From the NCBI GenBank assembly GCA_046757525.1, contig JBHHYI010000055.1, positions 1 through 23,491 of the forward strand: DNA of 23,491 nt, written 5' to 3'. This document shows, piece by piece, positions 15,761 to 23,491 of this stretch. The notes beneath the pieces are model-generated. The model saw only the letters and a program-made list of their open reading frames with translations, was not told the DNA's origin and did no database searches. Position numbers and translations under genes: made by a program. How positions within the stretch are numbered: position 1 is the first letter of the stretch; each line of letters opens with the position of its first letter. This stretch comes from a bacterium. GTDB lineage: Bacteria > Zhuqueibacterota > Zhuqueibacteria > Oceanimicrobiales > Oceanimicrobiaceae.

Positions 15761-15876
15761 TTTTGATGATCCCTTTAAAGTGATTTCTTTACCTTATAAA
15801 TATGTTTTAAACCGGTTTAGGTTCCCTAAAGGCGCCATAATTCCAGAATCTAAGAAAATAGGCGGCATACGAGCCC

Positions 15877-15905
15877 TTGACTTTTTTGTTTAATTTGTGT
15901 AACAT
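15877..15905 (+). promoter_or_regulatory. Sigma70-type promoter for the M1 peptidase gene
   Basis: TTGACT (15877-15882), 17 nt, TAACAT (15900-15905); RBS GGAGG at 15973-15977. Confidence 0.62.
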
Positions 15906-15985
15906 TAACGGTTTGAAATCGTCGAATATGATGGCACAATCCAACAAACCATTCCAAACTCTCTAACAAATCGGAGGGCCGTCCC

Positions 15986-18130
15986 ATGCTTAGACTGCAC
16001 CGCCAGTTGCTCTGTTTGGGTGTGATCCTTATGTTTACCCATTCGCTAACCGCCCAACAGATTCCCGTCCTATTTCCCAAACCTCTGAGCCCGCGCATCG
16101 CCAATTACAACATCGACGTAACGCTGGAGCCGCAAGAAAGAATGTTGCACGGTCAGGAGATCCTCGTTTGGCACAACAAAACGTCCCACACCATCGAAGA
16201 GCTGCAATTTCACCTTTACCTGAACGCTTTCCGCAACAACGAATCGACTTTCATGAAGGAGTCCGGCGGCCAACTTCGCGGCCTTAAAATCCACAAGAAC
16301 GGCTGGGGCTTTTCCCAGGTGGATCGCTTCACGGTCTCCTACAGCAAGGACCTCAAAGGCGATATTGGAAATATCTTCCCTGGCAACGCGTCGGAGCCCC
16401 TTGCCAGGGCTGCGGATTTGACCGACCGTCTGGAATTCATTCAGCCCGACGATGACAACGAAAATGACAAGACCGTCTTTCGCGTGCCGCTGCCCAGGCT
16501 CCTGCGGCCAGGTGAATCGGTGGTCGTCGACATCGATTTTACGGCCAAGCTGCCCACGCCGCCGTTTGCGCGCACCGGCGCCAAAAAAGAATACTTTTTC
16601 GTGGGTCAGTGGTTTCCGAAGATTGGCGTCTACGTCGATGGCCAGTGGAACTGCCACCAGTTTCATGCTAATTCCGAGTTTTTTGCGGACTTTGGCGTCT
16701 ACAACGTGCACATGACGGTTCCGGAGGAGAACGTTCTCGGCGCAACCGGTCTGGAGGTCGAGGTCAAAAGCAACGGCGACGGCACGGCCACCCATTTCTA
16801 CCACGCCGAAGACGTGCACGATTTCGCCTGGACCACCAGTCCAGTATTTGTCGAATTCAACGGCACGGCCCAGGATGTGGACATTCGCGTGCTCATGCAG
16901 CCCGACCACGCCGACCAGGGGCCGCGCCACGTGGCCGCTGCAAAGGTGGCCATCGAGCATTTTCAGAATTGGTACGGCGATTATCCGTTCCCGAATTTAA
17001 CCGTTGTCGATCCTCGTCGCGGCGCCATGGGAAGCGCTGGCATGGAATACCCAACGCTGATTACGGCCGGCACCTTTTACGGCCTACCGGAAGGCTTGCG
17101 CATGGTTGAGAACGTCATCATCCACGAGTTTGGCCACAACTACTGGTACCATCTGTTGGCTTCCAATGAGTTTGAAGAAAGCTGGATGGACGAAGGCATT
17201 AATACCTACACCGAGATTCAGATCATACACGACGCTTACGGTCCCGTGGGCGACACCATTGATTTGCTCGGCATTAAAATCAATGACCTGCAGTTTCAGC
17301 GGTGGCGCTATATGGGCAGCGCCAATCTGGACCCCATGGTGCGACGGTCCTGGGAGTACTATTCCGGCGGCAGCTACGGTACCAACTCCTACTCCAAACC
17401 CGGCGTCGTGCTCACCACCTTGCAAAACTATCTGGGTAAAGAAACGATGCAGAAAGTCATGCGGGCCTACGTAGCCCGCTGGCGTTTCAAGCACCCCAGG
17501 ACCCGGGATTTCATAGACGTGGCCAACGAGGTCGCCGGAGAGGATTTGAGCTGGTTCTTCGACCAGGCGTTCTTTTCCAACGCCGTGCTGGATTACAGCG
17601 TAGATCGCGTGTTCAGCAAAAAGGTCAAGAAGGATCGTGGTTACGATTACACGCGCTCGGTTACCGAAGAGGACTCGCTGGCCAGCGACGGGGAAGTTTC
17701 CGACCAGGAAAAAGCGGCGGCCCCTCCGGCCTCTGAGCCCACCTCTAACGGGCGGAGCGACAGCGTAACCCAGACCAAAGCACCCACCCTGTACTCCAGC
17801 GGTGTCTATGTGCGACGGTTGGGGGATTTTAAATTCCCTGTGGATGTGGAGGTGGTTTTTGCCAACGGCGACACCATTCGTGAGAAATGGGATGGCCAGG
17901 CCTTGTGGAAAAAGTTTCGTTACACCAAACCGGCAAAACTGGTCTCGGCAATCGTGGATCCCGAGGGCAAAATACCTTTAGATGTCAATTTCACCAACAA
18001 CAGTCGCACGGTGAAGAGAGAACGGTTGGGCGCAAACAAACTGTCGACGCGCTGGTTGTTCTGGATGCAGTTCTTGCTGGATCAGCCCGAGTTTCTTAAC
18101 TTTGCGGGAATCTTTAGTGACCTGTTCTAA
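15986..18130 (+). CDS. Secreted M1-family zinc aminopeptidase
   Basis: Signal peptide; AGMEYP exopeptidase motif; HEFGH-X18-E (HEFGHNYWYHLLASNEFEESWMDEG); YSKP catalytic-Tyr region. Confidence 0.93.
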   Translation: MLRLHRQLLCLGVILMFTHSLTAQQIPVLFPKPLSPRIANYNIDVTLEPQERMLHGQEILVWHNKTSHTIEELQFHLYLNAFRNNESTFMKESGGQLRGLKIHKNGWGFSQVDRFTVSYSKDLKGDIGNIFPGNASEPLARAADLTDRLEFIQPDDDNENDKTVFRVPLPRLLRPGESVVVDIDFTAKLPTPPFARTGAKKEYFFVGQWFPKIGVYVDGQWNCHQFHANSEFFADFGVYNVHMTVPEENVLGATGLEVEVKSNGDGTATHFYHAEDVHDFAWTTSPVFVEFNGTAQDVDIRVLMQPDHADQGPRHVAAAKVAIEHFQNWYGDYPFPNLTVVDPRRGAMGSAGMEYPTLITAGTFYGLPEGLRMVENVIIHEFGHNYWYHLLASNEFEESWMDEGINTYTEIQIIHDAYGPVGDTIDLLGIKINDLQFQRWRYMGSANLDPMVRRSWEYYSGGSYGTNSYSKPGVVLTTLQNYLGKETMQKVMRAYVARWRFKHPRTRDFIDVANEVAGEDLSWFFDQAFFSNAVLDYSVDRVFSKKVKKDRGYDYTRSVTEEDSLASDGEVSDQEKAAAPPASEPTSNGRSDSVTQTKAPTLYSSGVYVRRLGDFKFPVDVEVVFANGDTIREKWDGQALWKKFRYTKPAKLVSAIVDPEGKIPLDVNFTNNSRTVKRERLGANKLSTRWLFWMQFLLDQPEFLNFAGIFSDLF

Positions 18131-18146
18131 AAAAACAACCCTGGAG

Positions 18147-18203
18147 TTGAATGCCGAGTCACACCGAAGCATAAACGCAGATTCGGGACTCTTCGGTGTT
18201 TAA
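18147..18203. repeat. Periodic CCGA inverted-repeat element
   Basis: TTGAATGCCGAGTCACACCGAAG (18147-18169) versus the reverse complement of 18181-18203, TTAAACACCGAAGAGTCCCGAAT; CCGA occurs at the same positions. Confidence 0.6.
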
Positions 18204-18249
18204 GTTGACTTTTCCAAATCTGTTCTAATCTAACCTCGAGGTTCAAATC

Positions 18250-19170
18250 ATGATTCTACGAAGCCTGAAATCCGGATTTGTCCAGATGTGGGCAAACAAA
18301 CGCATGGTGTTGGTATTTTACCTGGCCAACCTGCTTTTTGGTGTGATTCTAATGCTGCCCTTTCGCGCCATTGTAACTCGGTTTGTAGGCCACAGTCTGG
18401 TAGGGCAAGATCTCGCAGGCCGGCTGGACATGGACTTCCTTTTCGAATTCCTCACCTACAACAAGAACGTCAGCTCCATCTTTTTTAACCTGGTTTTGAT
18501 TTTTCCGGCCCTCTATTGGCTGGTCTCTTTGTTTCTCTCGGGCGGGGCCTTTGCCGTATTTTTGAGCGGTGAAAAATATTCCCCCGGTGTGTTCTGGGGC
18601 AGCACGGCCAGGTTCGCAGGCCGCTTCTTCCGCCTGGCACTCTGGAGCATTCCGGTTTTAGCTCTCTTATTTTGCTTGCAGTTTGTCGAAACCGGTGTGC
18701 AGCGCCTGTTTTTTGGCAGCGATCCTTACCAGAATATCACCTACTGGGGCGGCTGGATCAAAGTTGGCTTGCGTACACTCAGCATCCTGCTGTTTGGCCT
18801 GGTGCTGGATTATGCCCGCATTCACCTGGTGCTCACCGATGAACGCAAGACGCGCCGTTCACTCTGGCGCGGCCTCACCTTCGCTTTTGGCAAACTCACC
18901 CGAACTTTTGGCCTGGCATTTATTTTGTTTGTAGTTGGTGCGGTGGTACTGGCTATTTACAATCCCGTCGCCAACAGTCTGGCTGCGCCCAACGCCCTGG
19001 TGATTTTGCTCCTGTTCCTGGTGCAGCAGCTCTACCTGTTCTTCCGCATGATGCTGCGTTTGACTTTGTTTGCAAGCGAGTTGCACCTGTACCAGGGCTT
19101 ATCTGCCGCAGTCCAAACGGCCCCAGTGACACCTGCTGACGATGTAGGCGTCGAAGGCGTTCCTGCTTAG
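18250..19170 (+). CDS. Polytopic membrane protein of unknown function
   Basis: RBS GAGG; about six hydrophobic segments; co-oriented with the M1 peptidase. Confidence 0.85.
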   Translation: MILRSLKSGFVQMWANKRMVLVFYLANLLFGVILMLPFRAIVTRFVGHSLVGQDLAGRLDMDFLFEFLTYNKNVSSIFFNLVLIFPALYWLVSLFLSGGAFAVFLSGEKYSPGVFWGSTARFAGRFFRLALWSIPVLALLFCLQFVETGVQRLFFGSDPYQNITYWGGWIKVGLRTLSILLFGLVLDYARIHLVLTDERKTRRSLWRGLTFAFGKLTRTFGLAFILFVVGAVVLAIYNPVANSLAAPNALVILLLFLVQQLYLFFRMMLRLTLFASELHLYQGLSAAVQTAPVTPADDVGVEGVPA

Positions 19171-19224
19171 GTCTTTGCGGCAACTTCATTCAGTGTGCTT
19201 CCGCGTTGCATTTCAAAAGCATAA

Positions 19225-19304
19225 TTGAACACCGAAGGCCACCGAAAGCACCGAAAAAGACCAAATCTGCTCAGAAGTTTTCTACCGTGCCCTCCGGGGT
19301 TTCA
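19225..19304. repeat. Periodic CACCGAA element with a degenerate inverted arm, between convergent genes
   Basis: CACCGAA at 19230, 19240 and 19249; the right arm reverse complement TGAAACCCCGGAGGGCACGG resembles the left arm TTGAACACCGAAGGCCACCG. Confidence 0.6.
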
Positions 19305-19327
19305 TCTTTTTCTGGCGGAACGAGCCC

Positions 19328-20674
19328 TCAGTCCTTATGCACCAAACGGTAATCCCCCAGCCCGGACTTGTCTAAAAAGATGAACCTCTTGTCGATGTTC
19401 TTGTAGTACCAAACTTCGTAGGGATTGGTGTGAAGGTCGATGCTGCGTCTTTGCACTTCTGACGGCGGGCCATAGATGATGTAAATCTTGCCTCGATCGG
19501 TTTCCCAGCCAGGTTTGTCGTTGGCGGTGGTTGAAAAATTGCGTAAAGTAAACTCCACGCGGCGGTAGAACTCCTCCTTGAGCTCATTGCTTTCAGTTCC
19601 TGGCGTGGGGTCGCGCTCTTTCCAAAAGCGGGAAACCCAGGCAGCCTGCTCTGTTTTAGCCAGCTTCTCCAGCTTTGAGAAGTCGCTAGACTTGGCAACG
19701 TATTTTAAGGAACCGTAAAAGGCCGAGGCGGTGGCAAACGATTCCAGGGACAACGGTTCGGTGGTGTATTGCACAAAAAAACCCGCCCTGGCCGAAACCT
19801 TTTTTTCTCCAGAGCGCGCTTCCACCACCAGGATGTATTTCCCGGGCAGCTTAACGAGATTCTTGAGCGGAATGAATTTGCGCACAGGCTGCTGGCCTGG
19901 AGCCAATACTTCAAACTCGTGCAGCAAAGGATTGTTTTCAAGATCAAAAACGCGGGTGTGCAGCTCGGTGGAATCCTGGACATGCGCGTACAGTTCGAAA
20001 TAGGCCCCAAAGTTTGAATCGGGTTCATCCAGAGTCTTTCTCATATTGGGGACCAAATTCTTCACACCAGCCTGATCGATTTCCACGCTGTCGACAAAAA
20101 CGAGATCGCTCATTGACAGGTCATTCTGCTCAAAATCCTGCAGCACAAGATTTTCATTTCGAACCAAATGTCGCTTTGTGTCCTGATCTATTAATTCTAA
20201 GGTGAGCTTATAAGAACCGGGAGCCAGATCGAAGGAGATTTTGTTTCTATTGACTTTAGTGCGGGAGTTGGTTTCGTCAAAGCTATTCACCACGATGGCT
20301 TTCTTTATGATCGCCCCATCTTGCCGACTTCCCTGGGAATCCAACATTTCCACGATCAGTTCGTACTTTGCCCGGTAGGCTTTGTCATCGACCTTGACAA
20401 ACTGAAGGATATCATTGACAAAGGCAATGTGGAGGTCCAGGCGAGACTTCCCTGCCCTGCTTGAGGCAAAATTAAAGGTGTTGTAAATGAACAGCGGTTT
20501 ACCAAAGGTTTGCACGAAGCTCGCGTGGTCAGAGCTGCTGCCATTATTTTGACTGTAAAGAAACACAGGGTGGACCCAAAGTAAAACAGGAATGATCGCT
20601 GCAAGAATCCCATTACCACAATAAGCTGGGCATGAAAAAATCCGCAAGAAAAAGGGGCCTGGAAATCTACTCAT
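19328..20674 (-). CDS. GWxTD domain-containing protein
   Basis: FWKERDPTPGT..NE..EEFYRRV..F....PGWETDRGKIYIIYGPP..EVWYY..F.F.D..G.Y.L; exact start uncertain. Confidence 0.9.
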   Translation of the reverse strand: MSRFPGPFFLRIFSCPAYCGNGILAAIIPVLLWVHPVFLYSQNNGSSSDHASFVQTFGKPLFIYNTFNFASSRAGKSRLDLHIAFVNDILQFVKVDDKAYRAKYELIVEMLDSQGSRQDGAIIKKAIVVNSFDETNSRTKVNRNKISFDLAPGSYKLTLELIDQDTKRHLVRNENLVLQDFEQNDLSMSDLVFVDSVEIDQAGVKNLVPNMRKTLDEPDSNFGAYFELYAHVQDSTELHTRVFDLENNPLLHEFEVLAPGQQPVRKFIPLKNLVKLPGKYILVVEARSGEKKVSARAGFFVQYTTEPLSLESFATASAFYGSLKYVAKSSDFSKLEKLAKTEQAAWVSRFWKERDPTPGTESNELKEEFYRRVEFTLRNFSTTANDKPGWETDRGKIYIIYGPPSEVQRRSIDLHTNPYEVWYYKNIDKRFIFLDKSGLGDYRLVHKD

Positions 20675-20807
20675 AAACTCAATTCTCCGATAGATGCTAT
20701 TGGTGAAAATATCGACAAGACCACGGCAAACCTTTCGAACAACACCTTGTAATATTTACCAGCAATCCTGCGTTTTGCCAAAGCCATTGCAAAACTAAAG
20801 ACGCCGC

Positions 20808-21767
20808 TTAGAACACCTTGACATTAATATATTTGCGTGGATGGGTTTTCACATCGTTCAGGAGAGATTGCATTGCATTTAACAGTTCGCTCATGTCCTC
20901 ATAGATTTGATCATCGCTGAAAAAGCGGCCTGTTGTGCCGTCGTTGGCCATTTTGTAGACCAAAGAGTCGGCCCGGGCGGTGAGGGATTGCAGATTTGTG
21001 TACAAATCGGGATTGGCGATCATTTTTCCGATGGAGCCTTCACCTGCTCTCATCATTCCGGCAAGCTCACTCAAATCGCCGGTGAAGGAGACCAGGTTCT
21101 CGTACACCGTGGAGTCGTTCAACAGCAGACCCAGGCTGCCCTGGTTGGATTCAACGGCGGTCAGCAAATTCGACAATGACGACACCAGATGGGTCATTTC
21201 ATTAGAGAATTTGGGGTCGTTCAACAAGGCTCCTAAGAAGCCTTCTCCCTGGTCGATTTTTCTGGTAATGGATTTTCCGCTCACCAGGATGGCATTGAGG
21301 TTTTCCAGCGTGGCCGTGGCCTGGTCCGCCAGCTCGCCAAAACCCACAGGCATGACTCCTTTCAAAAAATCCCCGTCTTCGAGCGGCTTTTCTCCGGCCT
21401 CTCCCTGGGTAATGTCAACATATTTGTCTCCCAGTATGCCCAAAGTAAGAATGTGGGCTTCAGAACTGCTGGTGATTTTGTCGCGAAAGGCGGAATCGAC
21501 TTCTAACCAGATCATGACGCCATTCTGTCCCTGGAAAGTGGCCAGTTCTAACCGGCTGACAGCGCCTACTTTCAAGCCGGAAAGCGAGACCAGAGCCCCC
21601 TCGCTCAGATTTTGGACATTGGCAACAAAAGTCCGTAAAGTGTATTTGCTGGCAAAAAGCTTTTCATTGGTACCAACCTTGAGCACAATCCCGACCAGGA
21701 CGAGAACCGCCACGGTAGTCAAGATGCCTACTCTTAAATCGGACCACTGAAATTTCGACCGAGACAT
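20808..21767 (-). CDS. mlaD: MlaD/MCE-family protein with a long helical C-terminal region
   Basis: Single N-terminal TM helix; MCE motifs L..GA.V.LSG.KVG.V and LGILGDKYVDI; helical repeats containing GSLG-like motifs. Confidence 0.88.
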   Translation of the reverse strand: MSRSKFQWSDLRVGILTTVAVLVLVGIVLKVGTNEKLFASKYTLRTFVANVQNLSEGALVSLSGLKVGAVSRLELATFQGQNGVMIWLEVDSAFRDKITSSSEAHILTLGILGDKYVDITQGEAGEKPLEDGDFLKGVMPVGFGELADQATATLENLNAILVSGKSITRKIDQGEGFLGALLNDPKFSNEMTHLVSSLSNLLTAVESNQGSLGLLLNDSTVYENLVSFTGDLSELAGMMRAGEGSIGKMIANPDLYTNLQSLTARADSLVYKMANDGTTGRFFSDDQIYEDMSELLNAMQSLLNDVKTHPRKYINVKVF

Positions 21768-21779
21768 TTTGTACCTCGT

Positions 21780-22502
21780 TTATTGTACAAACTCCTGGAC
21801 ATAAGGATCTTTGCAACGAAGCAAGTGCTCGCGGTCCCCTTCAAAAATGATTTCGCCACTTTTTAACATGGCGATGCGGTCGGCGACCGCGTAGACGTCG
21901 TTGAGGATGTGGGTCACGACCACCGAACTCACCCATTTTTCGTCTCGGAGCTTAACGATGAGTCTGTTGATGTTTTTGGAAGCAATGGGATCCAGGCCGG
22001 CTGTGGGCTCATCGAACAAGACGATCTCCGGATCACAGACGATCGCGCGCGCAATGGCCACCCGCTTGCGCATGCCGCCACTCAGTTCCGACGGCATATA
22101 TCCGAAGGTGTGCTGCAATTCCACGAACTCCAGTTGCTGCCGTACTCGGGTGTGAATCATTTCCAAAGGAACCTCATGATTTTCCGACATACAATATCCC
22201 ACGTTTCCCCAAACGGGCAGGGAGTCAAAAAGCGCGCCTCCCTGAAAAACCATGCCCATGCGATGGCGAATGGGGTGAATTTCCTTTTCCTTGAGGGGCG
22301 TAATATCCTGCCGGAATATTCGGACAGAACCAGAATCCGGTTTCAGCAAGCCAAGGATGATTTTCAAGATGGTGCTTTTGCCCGCACCGCTGGCACCCAG
22401 GATAACCAGATTCTCACGCTTCCTAACTTTTAGGCTTATGTTCTTTAGGATTGGAACATCGTTGTAAGCGTAACTTACATTTTCCAGCTCGATGACATGC
22501 AT
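21780..22502 (-). CDS. mlaF: MlaF-family ABC transporter ATPase (240 aa)
   Basis: Walker A GASGAGKS; FQGGALFDSL; ELSGGMRKRVAIARA; Walker B VLFDEPT; VVVTH. The start at 22502 overlaps the mlaE stop (TGATG). Confidence 0.92.
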   Translation of the reverse strand: MHVIELENVSYAYNDVPILKNISLKVRKRENLVILGASGAGKSTILKIILGLLKPDSGSVRIFRQDITPLKEKEIHPIRHRMGMVFQGGALFDSLPVWGNVGYCMSENHEVPLEMIHTRVRQQLEFVELQHTFGYMPSELSGGMRKRVAIARAIVCDPEIVLFDEPTAGLDPIASKNINRLIVKLRDEKWVSSVVVTHILNDVYAVADRIAMLKSGEIIFEGDREHLLRCKDPYVQEFVQ

Positions 22503-23260
22503 CAAAAAAGCGCAATTATGAATTTTGAAATCAGAAAATCCCAAATCAACACAGACAAGGAAGCGTACATCACGGCCCGCGTGGCTGAACGCCCCACGCC
22601 TTCTGCACCGCCGTGGGTGTAGATGCCAAAATAGCATGCAATGGTCGAAATGATATACCCGAAGAAAAGCGGCTTGACCAATCCGATGGTCAAATCTTTC
22701 ATTTCCAGATTGTTAATCGCTGAGATCCAAAAAATGGTCGAGTCTGTATGCAGGAACAGGATAGCCATGAAATAGCCACCAATGATGGCAATGGTGTCCG
22801 CCATGATGGCTAACGGCAGAATCATGGTGACAGTCGCCACCTGACGGGGCACAACGAGCTTTTTTATGGGATCGGTGCCGAAGGCTTTTAAAGCGTCAAT
22901 TTGCTCGGTGACTTTCATGGAGCCCAACTCCGCAGCGACTTTTGAACCGGTGCGGCCGGCGACCATGAGTCCGGTGATAATCGGGCCAATTTCCCGAATG
23001 ACCGAAATGGAGACGATGCGTCCCATGAGGTTTTTTGCACCGAATCTTTCCAACCGCGTGCCCCACTCCAAAGCCAAAACCAGCCCCACCGAAAGGGAAG
23101 CGATCAGAACCAAGACCAGTGCCCCAATGCCGATGAAATTCATCTGGTCAAGAGTTTCCCGCCGGTATTTGTAAGTGCCCGGCAATCCTATGAACGCCGC
23201 AAAGCTCATGTAATAGAAATCTTGAATATCAGACAGAATATTTTTGATTTGTTCAACCAT
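22502..23260 (-). CDS. mlaE: MlaE-family ABC transporter permease
   Basis: REIGPIITGLMVAGRTGS, AELGSMKVTEQIDAL, GGAEGVGRSATRAV. Confidence 0.93.
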   Translation of the reverse strand: MVEQIKNILSDIQDFYYMSFAAFIGLPGTYKYRRETLDQMNFIGIGALVLVLIASLSVGLVLALEWGTRLERFGAKNLMGRIVSISVIREIGPIITGLMVAGRTGSKVAAELGSMKVTEQIDALKAFGTDPIKKLVVPRQVATVTMILPLAIMADTIAIIGGYFMAILFLHTDSTIFWISAINNLEMKDLTIGLVKPLFFGYIISTIACYFGIYTHGGAEGVGRSATRAVMYASLSVLIWDFLISKFIIALF

Positions 23261-23491
23261 GCACAGTTTGCTGTGAAAAGTTCAGTGGGATGGATTCTCA
23301 AAACGCATCGAAGCGGGTTTCACGATCCATTTCAGCTATGAAACATACAACTTCAATGTTTTTATAATCTTGAACTACATGAGCAGTATTTTTATTTCAG
23401 ATATTTAAAGCTTCTGTATTATTTTCACAACTTTTTTGCCATTCAAGGGAATGGCGTAACTGCGCCAGACTTCCTTTCCGTGCCGGTCGAA

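Noticed and set aside
16070..16960. 296-aa minus-strand ORF
   Set aside because: Antisense shadow of the M1 peptidase.
22503..22637. 45-aa N-terminal extension of MlaF given in the ORF track
   Set aside because: It overlaps mlaE in another frame; the TGATG-coupled start at 22502 gives a typical MlaF.
23428..23455. GCCATTC/GAATGGC hairpin as a terminator, or a sigma54-like site upstream of mlaE
   Set aside because: No U-tract follows on either strand, and the -12 element reads TTGT rather than TTGC.

Overview
The window looks like an FCB-group bacterium outside the Bacteroidia (KSB1/Calditrichota/Ignavibacteria-like). This is inferred from T9SS-type C-terminal domains combined with Shine-Dalgarno sites and sigma70-type promoters. 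The left 14.3 kb is a seven-gene minus-strand cell-surface locus: a 724-aa variant-CTD protein, a ~896-aa T9SS protein with duplicated ExeM/NucH-type OB-fold pairs and no catalytic domain, an Ig-like lipoprotein, a TonB-dependent receptor, a PorV/PorQ-family barrel, an NHL lipoprotein and a secreted EEP (DNase I-like) enzyme. The EEP gene is absent from the ORF track because its stop codon runs off the window edge. I interpret the locus as a candidate SusD-less extracellular nucleic-acid utilisation system with a 'split' ExeM-like nuclease. Its two long intergenic gaps are mosaics of palindromic repeats, including a nested MITE with a 6-bp target duplication. The right part carries mog (with a probable aspartic-protease gene remnant fused upstream), a DUF5678-like gene, a small lipoprotein, an M1 aminopeptidase plus membrane protein, a GWxTD protein and mlaE-mlaF-mlaD. 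All family calls come from motif recognition by eye; no searches were run.
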